NCBI GenBank assembly: GCA_009773355.1
Contig: WRPG01000002.1
Location: 138,805 to 202,804, forward strand
Origin: Limisphaerales bacterium
GTDB lineage: Bacteria > Verrucomicrobiota > Verrucomicrobiia > Limisphaerales > SXTU01
Length of the DNA stretch: 64,000 bases
Direction of reading: 5' to 3'
The notes beneath the pieces were generated by a model. That model worked only from the letters and a program-made list of their open reading frames with translations, was not told where the DNA came from and did not search any database. Position numbers and translations under genes: made by a program. Below, piece after piece: positions 37,122 to 47,311 of the stretch (position 1 is the stretch's first letter; each line of letters opens with the position of its first letter).

Positions 37122-39125
37122 TTGAACGCACTTCGTTCCATCCTGAGGCTCGCGGTGGTTTGCCTTGCCGTTGGCATCACGTCTGGCTTCGCCGCGACGC
37201 CTTCGCTCGAAGCGGGGCGCAAGCATTGGGCCTTTCAACCAGTGCGCGCGGTCCAACTTCCAACGGTGAAGGACGCGACGTGGTCGCGGAACGACGTGGA
37301 CCGGTTCATTCTCGCGGCGCTGGAAGCGAAAGGACTGAAACCGTCACCGGAAGCAGACCGGCGCACGTTGATTCGCCGAGTGACGTTTGACCTCATCGGC
37401 TTGCCACCGACGCCGGAGGAGGTCGAGGCGTTCGTGCGTGATACTTCGCCGCAGGCTTGGGAGCGCGTCGTGGACCGACTGCTCGCCAGCCCGCACTACG
37501 GCGAGCGCTGGGGGCGGCACTGGCTGGACCTGGCGCGCTACGCGGACAGCAGCGGCTTCCACAACGATCTGGACCGGCCGCACGCGTGGCGATACCGCGA
37601 TTACGTCATCCGCAGCTTCAACGAGGACAAGCCCTACGCGCGGTTCATCGCCGAGCAACTCGCGGGCGACGAGGTGCCGGGCGCAAGCGAGGAAACGCTC
37701 GTGGCCACCGGCTTCTGCCGCAACGGCCCGACCAACGACGACAACATGGGCAACAACAAGGAGCAGTATCGCCTCGACGAGCTGGATGACGTGATCTCCA
37801 CCACCTCGACGGTCTTCCTCGGCCTCACGGTGGGCTGCGCTCGCTGCCACGACCACAAGTATGACCCGGTCACGAGCGCGGATTACTACAGCCTGCTCGC
37901 GGTCTTCAATGGCACGGTAAAGAAGGGCGTGCCGAAGGAGAGCGACGAGAAGGACAAGGCGAAGGAGTTGGTGAAGTTGCAGGCGCTCATCGAGACAAAG
38001 GCAACAGTGCCGCCGACCTATTTGCTTCGTCGCGGCAGCCTGCAAAACAAGGGGCCGGAAGTCCCGCCCGCCGCGCCGCTGGTGCTCGTGTCGAACCCGC
38101 TTCGCTTCCCGGAGCCAGCGGCGGACGCGAAGTCCTCGGGCCGCCGCCGCACGCTCGCAGAATGGATTGCCGCGCCGGACAACCCGCTGACGTGGCGCGT
38201 GCTGGCGAACCGCATCTGGCAGCATCACTTCGGGCAAGGGCTGGTCGCGACGGCGAGCAACTTTGGCTTCAACGGCACGCGGCCCACGCACCCGGAGCTG
38301 CTCGATTTCCTCGCAGCCCGGCTGGTCGCGGAGGGCGGAAGGTGGAAGCCGTTGCACAAACTGATTCTGATGTCGGCCACGTATGGGCAGGAGGTGGGGG
38401 GAAGTAATCAGTATGCAGTGGTCAGTGTTCAGTCAGGGACGCGCCCGGCTGCCGAGCGCCCTACTGAACACTGGACACTGAATACTGAACACTCTCGGGC
38501 CGCCGTCCTCGACCCCGACAACACCCTCCTCTGGCGTGCGAACCTCCAGCGCCTCTCCGCCGAGTCATTGCGCGACAGCATCCTCTCCGTCAGCGGGAAG
38601 CTGAACCCGCAGCTCGGCGGGCCGGGCATCAAGCCGCGCATCCGGGCCGACCTGCTCACGGCCAGTCAGCGCAACAAGTGGCCCACGCTCACCACCGAGG
38701 GGCCGGCGCAGTGGCGACGCAGCGTCTATATCTACGTGAAGCGCCAGTTGCTCATGCCGATGATGGAACTCTTCGACGCGCCCACGACCACGGACAGTTG
38801 CGCCGAACGCACCAAGAGCGTGGTGCCCACCCAGGCGCTGGTGCTGATGAACGATGAGTTCGTCGAGGACCACGCGGGTTTTCTCGCGCAGCGCGCTGCA
38901 ACGGACGTGGGCGGGGATTTGTCCAAGGCGATTGAGCGAATGCATCAGCTCGCACTCGCCCGCGTGCCAACAGCGGAACGGCTGCGTCAAGCAACGGGGT
39001 TTGTCACCGCCCGCGAGTCGGTCTACGAGAAAGAGGCCGGAGCGAAGGAAGCGCCCCGCCAGCGCGCGCTCACGGACCTCGCGCATGTGCTCTTCAACAG
39101 CAGCGAGTTCATCACCATCGAATGA
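37122..39125 (+). CDS. DUF1549/DUF1553 (PSD1) protein
   Basis: HWAFQP, YGERWGRHWLDLARY, CARCHDHK, PTHPELLD, RRSVY, LFNSSEF. Confidence 0.9.
   Translation: MNALRSILRLAVVCLAVGITSGFAATPSLEAGRKHWAFQPVRAVQLPTVKDATWSRNDVDRFILAALEAKGLKPSPEADRRTLIRRVTFDLIGLPPTPEEVEAFVRDTSPQAWERVVDRLLASPHYGERWGRHWLDLARYADSSGFHNDLDRPHAWRYRDYVIRSFNEDKPYARFIAEQLAGDEVPGASEETLVATGFCRNGPTNDDNMGNNKEQYRLDELDDVISTTSTVFLGLTVGCARCHDHKYDPVTSADYYSLLAVFNGTVKKGVPKESDEKDKAKELVKLQALIETKATVPPTYLLRRGSLQNKGPEVPPAAPLVLVSNPLRFPEPAADAKSSGRRRTLAEWIAAPDNPLTWRVLANRIWQHHFGQGLVATASNFGFNGTRPTHPELLDFLAARLVAEGGRWKPLHKLILMSATYGQEVGGSNQYAVVSVQSGTRPAAERPTEHWTLNTEHSRAAVLDPDNTLLWRANLQRLSAESLRDSILSVSGKLNPQLGGPGIKPRIRADLLTASQRNKWPTLTTEGPAQWRRSVYIYVKRQLLMPMMELFDAPTTTDSCAERTKSVVPTQALVLMNDEFVEDHAGFLAQRAATDVGGDLSKAIERMHQLALARVPTAERLRQATGFVTARESVYEKEAGAKEAPRQRALTDLAHVLFNSSEFITIE
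38403..38493. repeat. Heptamer inverted-array element in-frame inside the DUF1553 gene
   Basis: AGTRNTC x4 ... ACTGAAC x4; encodes SNQYAVVSVQ...TEHWTLNTEH. Confidence 0.85.
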
Positions 39126-40537
39126 ACCTGACCCGCAGACGAATGCTTCAGTTGGGCGGCGGCGGCTTCGGCGCGCTGGCGCTGAACTCGCTGTTGCACG
39201 CGGATGGCGCGCTGGCCGCGCCGGCTTCTACGAACCCGCTGTCCGCGCACCCGCCGCACTTCGCCCCGCGCGCCAAGTCCGTCATCTTCCTCTTCATGTA
39301 TGGCGGGCCGAGCCATGTGGACTTGTTCGACCCCAAGCCCGAGCTGGAGAAGTGGCACGGCAAGGCGATTCCCGTCTGGAAGCCCGAGGACGCGTTCATG
39401 GGCCGCAAGACCCAGAACGTGGCGATGAAGAGCTACTTCCAGTTCGCCAAGCACGGCGCGGCGGGCATTGACATTGCGGAGACGTATCCGCACCTCGCGC
39501 GCCAGGCGGACGACTTGTGCGTCATCCGCTCGATGCACACAGAGAGCAACAACCACGGCCCCGCGCTCTTCCAGATGAACAGCGGCTTTGTGTTGCCGGG
39601 CCGTCCGAGCATGGGCTCGTGGGTGACTTACGGACTCGGCTCCGAAAGCGAGAATCTCCCCGCCTACGTGGTGCTGCTCGACCACCAGGGCGCGCCAGTG
39701 AACGGGGCGTTGAACTGGTCGAACGGTTTCATGCCCGCCGCGTTTCAAGGCGTGCCGTTCCGTTCGAGCGGCGACCCCATCGCCTACCTCACGCCGCCGA
39801 AGAACGTTTCCGCCAGCCAGCAGCGCGCACGCCTCGACCTGCTCCGCCAGTGGAACGAGGAATACGCCGCCGCGAACCCCGCCGAGTCCAGCCTCGCCGC
39901 GCGGATCGCGAGCTATGAGCTGGCGTTCCGCATGCAGATGAGCGCCGCCGAGTGCGTGGATGTCGCACGCGAGCCGGAATCCATCCGCAAGCTCTACGGC
40001 CTCGACCGTCCGGTCACGCAGCACTTCGGGCGCAACTGCCTGCTGGCCCGCCGGCTCGTCGAGCGCGGCGTGCGTTTCGTGCAGCTCTATAGCGGCGGCA
40101 ACGAAGGTCCGAAGGCGTGGGACGCGCACGACGATCTGAAGAAGAACCACGACCTCCACTGCGCGGAGACGGACCAGCCCATCGCCGCGCTGCTGAATGA
40201 CTTGAAGGCCACGGGCCTGCTGGATACGACCCTCGTCATCTGGGGCGGCGAGTTCGGGCGTTCACCGGTCGCTGAAAATGGCAAGGGCCGCGACCATCAC
40301 CCCAAAGGCTTCACGATGTGGATGGCCGGCGGCGGCATTCGCGGTGGCATGATCCACGGCGCGACGGACGAGTTTGGCTACAGCGCGGTGGAGAAGCCCG
40401 TCTCCGTCCCCGACCTGCACGCGACGATTCTCCACCAACTTGGCCTGAACCACGAGCAGCTCACCTATCGCAACACCGGCCGCGACTACCGCCTCACCGA
40501 CGTGAGTGGCGAGATCGTGCGAGAGCTGCTGGCGTAG
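39122..40537 (+). CDS. DUF1501 domain protein (Tat signal)
   Basis: TRRRMLQ, FMYGGPSHVDLFDPKP, LARRLVERGVRFVQ, GGEFGR, GRDHH. Confidence 0.9.
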   Translation: MNLTRRRMLQLGGGGFGALALNSLLHADGALAAPASTNPLSAHPPHFAPRAKSVIFLFMYGGPSHVDLFDPKPELEKWHGKAIPVWKPEDAFMGRKTQNVAMKSYFQFAKHGAAGIDIAETYPHLARQADDLCVIRSMHTESNNHGPALFQMNSGFVLPGRPSMGSWVTYGLGSESENLPAYVVLLDHQGAPVNGALNWSNGFMPAAFQGVPFRSSGDPIAYLTPPKNVSASQQRARLDLLRQWNEEYAAANPAESSLAARIASYELAFRMQMSAAECVDVAREPESIRKLYGLDRPVTQHFGRNCLLARRLVERGVRFVQLYSGGNEGPKAWDAHDDLKKNHDLHCAETDQPIAALLNDLKATGLLDTTLVIWGGEFGRSPVAENGKGRDHHPKGFTMWMAGGGIRGGMIHGATDEFGYSAVEKPVSVPDLHATILHQLGLNHEQLTYRNTGRDYRLTDVSGEIVRELLA

Positions 40538-41327
40538 CCGGGTTAGCCGGCAGTTCAACTGCTTTATTGGGTCCGCGACCATCCCTGCGGTTGTGACGGA
40601 GCTTTTCCAACTCCCCGCGCAAGGGCAGCCAGTAGGCTTTGTCCCGCTGGCGTTCGTCCATTTCTTCGGCCAGCAACGCCTGCTCCAATCCGCCCGCGCT
40701 CCCGGTTTGCGCGTGCGCGAGCAGGGGGCGTTGCCTGACCAGCCGGCGGCAAACAGCCGGATGACGGCTGGCGAGTTCCCGGAGCAGCTCCGGGGTGCGG
40801 AGCTGTTGAAACCAGAAGCGGAGCCGCGCGGCTGACGGGTTCCTCCAGTGCGTGAAAAAATGGGCCTCGAGCAGGCGCCGGATCATCGGCCAGTCCTTGT
40901 CGCGCTGGGTTTTCTTGGCCTGCACCAAGTCGGGCAGGGAAAGCAGGTCGCATTTTTCGCCGCCGGAAAGTTCCAGCGTCGTCCGGCGCCGCCAGAGTTT
41001 GTCGAAGGGATCAACCCCGCGCATTTTGGACATCACGTCCACCCGCATTCGCAGCGCATCGGGATGCTGGCACCGAAAGTGAACGGCGTGCCCGCGCCGG
41101 AGGTATTTCAGGGCGAAGGGCGGCACGGCGATGGACTCGGCCCGCAGGTCGGCGAGCGCCTTGCGCAGCCGCGCGAGGTTCGCCGCGTCGGCCAGGATGG
41201 CGAAATCCGTGTCGCGGCTAAACTCGGCCGCGCCGTAAAACACGCACGCTTGTCCGCCCATGAGCAGGGCGCGGACGCGATGCGCGCGCATCGAAGAAAG
41301 GACTTTGCGTATCGGGTTCGGGATCAA
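40494..41327 (-). CDS. Predicted nucleotidyltransferase-superfamily protein (putative toxin)
   Basis: MGGQACVFYG...SRDTD motif, later VDVM and LVQAKK..RDKD; TTG start with GGAGG 5 nt upstream. Confidence 0.65.
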   Translation of the reverse strand: MIPNPIRKVLSSMRAHRVRALLMGGQACVFYGAAEFSRDTDFAILADAANLARLRKALADLRAESIAVPPFALKYLRRGHAVHFRCQHPDALRMRVDVMSKMRGVDPFDKLWRRRTTLELSGGEKCDLLSLPDLVQAKKTQRDKDWPMIRRLLEAHFFTHWRNPSAARLRFWFQQLRTPELLRELASRHPAVCRRLVRQRPLLAHAQTGSAGGLEQALLAEEMDERQRDKAYWLPLRGELEKLRHNRRDGRGPNKAVELPANPATPAALARSRHSRR

Positions 41328-41448
41328 GCGAGCCTCCGAGCGCGAGATAGATCTGCCAGACCCGCTCGCTCTCCAGCCAGCGTTGGACTGGGGTGAGCCG
41401 ATACCACTCGGCCCACTCGCCGCCAACCAGTTCTTCCGGCTGAATCAT
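41218..41448 (-). CDS. Small hypothetical protein (putative antitoxin/partner)
   Basis: 76 aa, WYRLTPVQRW motif; upstream of and overlapping the nucleotidyltransferase; preceded by TTTACA-N17-TATTTA. Confidence 0.6.
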   Translation of the reverse strand: MIQPEELVGGEWAEWYRLTPVQRWLESERVWQIYLALGGSLDPEPDTQSPFFDARASRPRPAHGRTSVRVLRRGRV

Positions 41449-41506
41449 GGAGATTAAATATCAGCCTCGGGCTGTGGTGTAAACGATGCCGGTTCAGGCG
41501 GACACG

Positions 41507-43381
41507 CTACTCCACCGTCACGCTCTTGGCGAGGTTGCGGGGCTTGTCAACGTCGCAGCCGCGCGCGACGGCGATGTGGTAGCTGAGGAGTTGCAGCGGG
41601 ATGACCGCCAGGAGCGGGTGCAGCGGTTCCCAAGTCGCCGGAAGGTAGATGACGTCTTCGACTTTTTCCTTGATGCGCTCGTTGCCTTCGGTGGCGAGCG
41701 CGATGATGGGGCCTTTGCGCGCCTTGATTTCCTCCAAGTTGCTGAAGGTCTTCTCGTAGAGCGCGTCGGTCGGGGCGATGAAGACGGTCGGGGTCTTCTC
41801 ATCAATCATCGCGATGGGGCCGTGCTTCATTTCGGCGGCGGGGTAGCCCTCGGCGTGGATGTAAGAAATCTCCTTGAGCTTGAGCGCGCCTTCGAGGGCG
41901 ACGGGGAAGTTGTATTGGCGGCCCAGGAAGAAGAAGTCTTCGGCGTGCGCATACTTGAGGGCGATACGCTTGATCTCCTCGTTCTGGTCGAGGATGCGCT
42001 GAATCTGGTCGGGGATGGCTTCGAGGGCTTTGATGATCTGGGTGCCGCGCCGGTTGGAGAGCATCCGAATGCGGCCCATCATCAAGGCGAACATGGTCAG
42101 CACGCTGACCTGGCTGACGAAGGCCTTCGTGGAGGCGACGCCAATCTCCGGACCAGCGTGCAGGTAGATGCCGCCGTCCGCCTCGCGCGCGATGGTGCTG
42201 CCGACGACGTTGCAGATGGAGAGGACCTTGTGGCCGCGACGCTTGGACTCGCGCAGGCCGGCGAGCGTGTCGGCGGTTTCGCCGGACTGGGTGATGACGA
42301 GGCAGAGGGTGTTCTTCTCGATGGGCGCGTTGCGGTAGCGGAACTCGGAGGCGTATTCGATCTCGACCGGGATGTGCGCGAACTCCTCGATGAGATACTC
42401 GCCCACGAGGGCGGCGTGCCAGCTCGTGCCGCAGGCGGTGATGACGATCTGGTCCACGGCGCGCAGTTCGGCGGTGGTCATGTTCAGGCCACCGAATTTC
42501 GCGGTGCCGTCCTCGGCATCGAGGCGGCCACGGATGGCGTTCTGCACGGTCTTGGGCTGCTCGAAGATTTCCTTGAGCATGTAGTGCGCGAACGTCCCAC
42601 GCTCGGCGGCGTCGGCGTCGAACTCGATTTTCGAAAGCTGGAACGAAGCAACCTCGTTGCCGAGCGAGTCCATCTTGAACTGGTCGGGGAACAGCGTGAC
42701 GACATCGTAGTCCTTAAGGTAGATGACCGTGCGGGTGTGGCTGACGATGGCACTGGCGTCACTGGCGAGGAAGTGCTCGCCCTCGCCGACGCCCACGATG
42801 AGCGGGCTGCCGCGCCGCGCGCCGACCATCACGCCGGGGTGGTCCGTGCAGATGACGCCGATGCCGTAGGTGCCGATGACTTCGCGCAACGCGTTCATCA
42901 CGGCCTGCGCGAGCGGGTGCGTGCCCTCTCCGTTCCAGGTTGCCTTCCCCGCTTCGGTGAGCCGCGCGTAGTGGTGGCCGATGAGATGCGCGAGGACTTC
43001 GGTGTCAGTGGCGGATTTGAAAGTGTCACCACCCTTGAGGAAACGCTCCTTCAACGTGTCGAAGTTCTCGATGACGCCGTTGTGGACGATGGCGATTTTT
43101 CCCGACTGGTCGAGGTGCGGGTGGGAGTTTTCGTCCGTCGGCGGGCCGTGCGTGGCCCAACGCGTGTGGCCCATGCCGACCTGGCCGTAGATGGGATTGG
43201 CCTGCACGAGCTTCGCCAGCCCCTCGTCAATCTTGCCCTTCTTCTTGCGCGTGCCCAGCTCGCGGTTTTGCAGGACGGCCACACCGGCGGAGTCGTAGCC
43301 TCGATATTCGAGCCGGCGAAGCCCCTCGATGAGGATGGGGGTGGCCTGCTGTTTCCCGATGTATCCGATGATGCCGCACAT
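41507..43381 (-). CDS. glmS: Glutamine--fructose-6-phosphate transaminase
   Basis: MCGIIG, LEYRGYDSAG, GHTRWATHG, SQ/TQSGETADT, C-terminal PRNLAKSVTVE. Confidence 0.98.
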   Translation of the reverse strand: MCGIIGYIGKQQATPILIEGLRRLEYRGYDSAGVAVLQNRELGTRKKKGKIDEGLAKLVQANPIYGQVGMGHTRWATHGPPTDENSHPHLDQSGKIAIVHNGVIENFDTLKERFLKGGDTFKSATDTEVLAHLIGHHYARLTEAGKATWNGEGTHPLAQAVMNALREVIGTYGIGVICTDHPGVMVGARRGSPLIVGVGEGEHFLASDASAIVSHTRTVIYLKDYDVVTLFPDQFKMDSLGNEVASFQLSKIEFDADAAERGTFAHYMLKEIFEQPKTVQNAIRGRLDAEDGTAKFGGLNMTTAELRAVDQIVITACGTSWHAALVGEYLIEEFAHIPVEIEYASEFRYRNAPIEKNTLCLVITQSGETADTLAGLRESKRRGHKVLSICNVVGSTIAREADGGIYLHAGPEIGVASTKAFVSQVSVLTMFALMMGRIRMLSNRRGTQIIKALEAIPDQIQRILDQNEEIKRIALKYAHAEDFFFLGRQYNFPVALEGALKLKEISYIHAEGYPAAEMKHGPIAMIDEKTPTVFIAPTDALYEKTFSNLEEIKARKGPIIALATEGNERIKEKVEDVIYLPATWEPLHPLLAVIPLQLLSYHIAVARGCDVDKPRNLAKSVTVE

Positions 43382-43476
43382 GGCTGGTGATTGGGGAAAT
43401 TTGGGTTGTTGCTTGCGCTTACGCTGAAAAAAAGGTTAAAGGTTCGCTCAACCGAACCGCAAGTAAGGATTTATTT

Positions 43477-44784
43477 ATGGCCGCACCGCGTCGCATGGCT
43501 CCCCACGTTCCCAATGTCCTCGCCGTCGTCATGGGCGGCGGGCAGGGCACCCGGCTCTGGCCGCTCACGCAGGACCGTTCCAAGCCGGCCGTCCCGCTCG
43601 CGGGCAAATACCGCATCGTGGACATCCCCATCTCGAACTGCATCAACTCCGGCTACCGCCGCGTGTATCTGCTCACGCAGTTCAACACCGCCTCGCTCCA
43701 CCGCCACATCAGCCAGAGCTACAAGTTCGACCACTTCAGCGGCGGCTTCGTGGAACTGCTCGCCGCCGAGCAGACCATGCACAGCACCTCGTGGTATCAG
43801 GGCACCGCCGACGCCGTGCGCAAAAACCTCGTCCACCTGCTCAACCACGACTGGGAATACTGCCTCATTCTCAGCGGCGACCAGCTCTACCGGATGGATT
43901 TCCGCCGCATCATCGCGCAGCACGCGGAGACCAAGGCTGACCTCACCATTGCCACCATCCCCGTCACCCGCGACAGCGCGCAATCCCTCGGCATCCTTCA
44001 GATTGGCGAGGACCGCCGCATCTCGAACTTCGTCGAGAAGCCCAAGGATCCCGCCATCCTCGACTCGCTCAAAATCCCGCGCGAGTCCTACGACGCGCTG
44101 GACATCGAGGGCAACGACGAGTTCTACCTCGCCTCGATGGGCATCTACGTCTTCAACCGCTCCGTCATGGTCAAGCTGCTGGACAACGACTTCACCGACT
44201 TCGGCAAGCACATCATTCCCGGGGCCATCACCAGCCACCGCGTCTTCAGCTACGTCTATCAGGGCTACTGGGAGGACATCGGAACGATCAAGAGCTTCTT
44301 CGAGGCGAACCTCGACTCCGCCGAGGAGTTGCCCAAGTTCAACTTCTTCGACATGAGCGCGCCGATCTACACGCGCCCGCGCTTCCTGCCCGGCAGCAAG
44401 ATCAACGGCGCGAGCATTGACCACGCGCTCGTCGCCGACGGCTGCATCATCAGCCACGCGCACATCAGCCACTCCGTCGTCGGCCTCCGCAGCTTCGTGG
44501 GCATCGGCACCAACCTCCATCGAGTGATAATGATGGGCGCGGACTACTACGAGTCACAGGCCAGCCTCCATGAGAACCTCAACGCCGGACGCCCCCGCAT
44601 GGGCATCGGCCAGCACTGCCGCATCGAGAACACCATCTTGGACAAGAACGCGCGCATCGGTGACAACTGCGTCATCTCCCCCGCCGGCAAGCCGGAGAAT
44701 TTCGATGGCAACGGCTATGTCATCCGCGACGGCATCGTCATCATCCCCAAGAACGGCGTCATTCCGCACGGCACGGTCATTTGA
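43477..44784 (+). CDS. glgC: Glucose-1-phosphate adenylyltransferase
   Basis: GGGQGTRLWPLT, RSKPAVP, LTQFN, WYQGTADAVR, ASMGIYVF, YWEDIGT. Confidence 0.95.
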   Translation: MAAPRRMAPHVPNVLAVVMGGGQGTRLWPLTQDRSKPAVPLAGKYRIVDIPISNCINSGYRRVYLLTQFNTASLHRHISQSYKFDHFSGGFVELLAAEQTMHSTSWYQGTADAVRKNLVHLLNHDWEYCLILSGDQLYRMDFRRIIAQHAETKADLTIATIPVTRDSAQSLGILQIGEDRRISNFVEKPKDPAILDSLKIPRESYDALDIEGNDEFYLASMGIYVFNRSVMVKLLDNDFTDFGKHIIPGAITSHRVFSYVYQGYWEDIGTIKSFFEANLDSAEELPKFNFFDMSAPIYTRPRFLPGSKINGASIDHALVADGCIISHAHISHSVVGLRSFVGIGTNLHRVIMMGADYYESQASLHENLNAGRPRMGIGQHCRIENTILDKNARIGDNCVISPAGKPENFDGNGYVIRDGIVIIPKNGVIPHGTVI

Positions 44785-44791
44785 TTGAAAC

Positions 44792-44889
44792 CCGTGCCGG
44801 TGACTTGCAGTCGCCGTCCGCAGGGGCGCCTTTGAAGCAGCGGCACAGGGCAGCCAACCCGCAACGCGGCGACTGCAAGTCGCCGGCAC
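44792..44889. repeat. GTGCCG-type REP doublet (intergenic copy of the glcE/glcF element)
   Basis: ccgtgccggtgacttgcagtcgccg ... cggcgactgcaagtcgccggcac. Confidence 0.82.
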
Positions 44890-44951
44890 TCGCTCTGGAC
44901 TCAGGGAACGCGTAACCACTCCCCGTCGGTCCCCGTCCGCTTCACCACGTT

Positions 44952-45602
44952 ATGAAAACCGCCACCCTCCTGCTCGTGTTCGTTTCTGCGTTCGCCGCGT
45001 TCAGCTCTCCCGCCGCCGAACTCGAACCCAAGCTCGGCAAGCAGGGTGCCTTGCTCATGGAGGAGAAGTTCGACGGCAAGGAGTTGCCCAAGAACTGGAA
45101 CCGCAACGCGGGCAAACTCACCGTCGCCGAGGGCGTCCTCAAGGCCAGCGAAGTCGCCGCCGACAAGCACGCTGCCGCCTTCCGCCGCCCGCTGCCCATC
45201 CAGGACGCCGCGATCGGCGTGAAGTTCCGCTTCGAGGGCGCGAAGATGTTTCACGTCGGCTTTGACCCAGCGCCCGGCGAGCTGAAGAAGCAGGGCCACC
45301 TGTTTTCCCTCATCATCACACCCGCCGGCCTGAGCATCACCGAACACAACGACAAGTCCGACCCCAAGTCCACCAACAAGGCGCTCGCCAAGCGCGTGGC
45401 CACGTTTGAAAAGGGCCGCTGGTATGAACTGCTCCTCGAAGTAAAGGGCGACGACGTGCTGGCGCAGATTGCCGGGATGGAGCCGCTTCGCGCCACGAGC
45501 AAGGACTTCCACGTCAAGAAGCCCGGCCTCGTCTTCCGCACCGGCGGCAAGGACACCGACGAGGTTCATCTCGACGAGGTCCGGGTGTGGGAGTTGAAGT
45601 GA
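44952..45602 (+). CDS. Hypothetical secreted protein, possibly a ConA/jelly-roll fold
   Basis: Signal peptide, beta-rich pattern ending LDEVRVWE. Confidence 0.65.
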   Translation: MKTATLLLVFVSAFAAFSSPAAELEPKLGKQGALLMEEKFDGKELPKNWNRNAGKLTVAEGVLKASEVAADKHAAAFRRPLPIQDAAIGVKFRFEGAKMFHVGFDPAPGELKKQGHLFSLIITPAGLSITEHNDKSDPKSTNKALAKRVATFEKGRWYELLLEVKGDDVLAQIAGMEPLRATSKDFHVKKPGLVFRTGGKDTDEVHLDEVRVWELK

Positions 45603-45738
45603 ATGATCGTTTTCCCGCGCAGGGCGGCTGTGGGCGGCCGGGCGCAACGACTCGGGGCGGAGGGCGCCGTCCGGTTCGCTTCCGCCACTGACACAACGAA
45701 TCCTTTCCTTTGGGCCGCATTATCTCCATGATCGAGCC

Positions 45739-47103
45739 ATGAAATCGTTCCTGCTTGCCGGTCTCTCCGCCTTGTTGGTTGCCGCCAACGCCTTCGCCCA
45801 AAATCCGCCCGCCGCGCCCGCCGCGCCGCCCGCGTTCAAGAAGGTCGTCACCACGATGGACCTCAAGGACGGCGACACCGTCGTCTTCCTCGGCGACAGC
45901 ATCACGCACCAGTGCCTCTACACCCAATACGTCGAGGACTACTTCTACACGCGCTTCCCGAACAAGAAGCTCCGCTTCCACAACGCCGGCGTCGGCGGCG
46001 ACCGCGCGTCCAGCGCCCTCGCCCGCTTCGACGAGGATGTCGCCAGCTTCAAGCCCAAGTATGTCACCATCCTGCTGGGCATGAACGACGGCTCCTACCG
46101 CGACTTCGACAAGGCCATCTTCGACACCTACCAGAAGGACATGACCACGCTGCTTGACCAGCTCGCCAAGCTCGGCGCGACGGCCATCCCGATGACGCCG
46201 ACCATGCACGACGCCCGCGCCGCGCGTCTCCGTGGCAAGAGCGGCGAGCCGCGCGACACTTACTATAACGGCGTGCTTGCGCTCTATGGCGCGTGGCTCG
46301 CGGAGCAGGCGCAGGTGCGCGGCCTCGGCTTCGTGGACATGTATTCCCCGCTCAACCACCTCACGCTGGCGGAGCGCAAGAAAGACCCCGCCTTCACCCT
46401 CATCAAGGACGCCGTGCATCCCGACGCGCCCGGCCAGGTCGTCATGGCGCAGGCGGTCATCAACGACATCTGCCCGAAGTCCCAAGTCTCGAACATCACC
46501 ATCGCCCCGAAGGACGGCAAGCCCGCCGCGACCGCCGGCAACGGCAAGATCACAGACTTCTCCGCCACCGACGCGCGCATCGCCTTCACCTTCACGGGCA
46601 ACGCCCTTCCTTGGGTGCTGCCGCCCGAGGCCGCGCTGGGCTACAAACTCACCGCCGCCGGCCACCGCAACAGTGGCGAGGTCTTCGCCGCGCGCGGCCT
46701 CAAGCCGGGCAAATACGAGCTGAAGATTGACGGCCAGAGCGTGGGCGCCTGGACCGACGCCGTGCTCGGCTTCAAGGTCGAGTTGCAGGAGAACGACAAG
46801 ACACCGCAATACCAGCAGGCCCTCAAGGTCGCGCTGCTCAACAAGGAGAAGAACGACACCGCCACGCGCCCGCTGCGCAACCTGTGGGGTTCGCTCAAGG
46901 GCAAGCGCAGCCAGCTCGCCCAGCTTGCCGCGAAGAAGGATCCGACCCTCGACACCAAGAAGGCCGAGTTCGAGAAATGGTTCGCCAATGACTTCAAGAC
47001 CGGCGTCGCCAAGCTCAACGCCGCCGTGGACGAATTCGACGCGCGCATCTACCAGGCCGCCAAGCCCCAGCCCCGCAAGTATGAGCTGGTGCGGGTGAAC
47101 TGA
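45739..47103 (+). CDS. SGNH/GDSL hydrolase
   Basis: FLGDSIT, NAGVGG, GMND, DAVHP; signal peptide. Confidence 0.9.
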   Translation: MKSFLLAGLSALLVAANAFAQNPPAAPAAPPAFKKVVTTMDLKDGDTVVFLGDSITHQCLYTQYVEDYFYTRFPNKKLRFHNAGVGGDRASSALARFDEDVASFKPKYVTILLGMNDGSYRDFDKAIFDTYQKDMTTLLDQLAKLGATAIPMTPTMHDARAARLRGKSGEPRDTYYNGVLALYGAWLAEQAQVRGLGFVDMYSPLNHLTLAERKKDPAFTLIKDAVHPDAPGQVVMAQAVINDICPKSQVSNITIAPKDGKPAATAGNGKITDFSATDARIAFTFTGNALPWVLPPEAALGYKLTAAGHRNSGEVFAARGLKPGKYELKIDGQSVGAWTDAVLGFKVELQENDKTPQYQQALKVALLNKEKNDTATRPLRNLWGSLKGKRSQLAQLAAKKDPTLDTKKAEFEKWFANDFKTGVAKLNAAVDEFDARIYQAAKPQPRKYELVRVN

Positions 47104-47311
47104 GCGCCATTTAGCCGGAGGGGATAAGGACGAGTTGATGGCGGGTGAAACGCCGGTTGAGCCGGTCGGGCTGTGCGCCGCAGGCCGCCATGTCGCCAAC
47201 CTTGGGGCTGAGTCAAAGCCAGCTTGCGCCCACTCAAACGCGGGTGGCATGAATGCCGTCCGCAGGCGTCCCGTCAGGGTTCAAGACAGTCACCTAGTTC
47301 ACGGCACCGTT

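Noticed and set aside
43382-43476. glmS ribozyme upstream of glmS
   Set aside because: Only 95 nt, shared with divergent glgC; no ribozyme core recognisable
44785-44951. Relay ORF across the REP after glgC
   Set aside because: The frame opened at the TTG after the stop terminates within the element; this junction is a counter-example and probably a transcription-unit boundary
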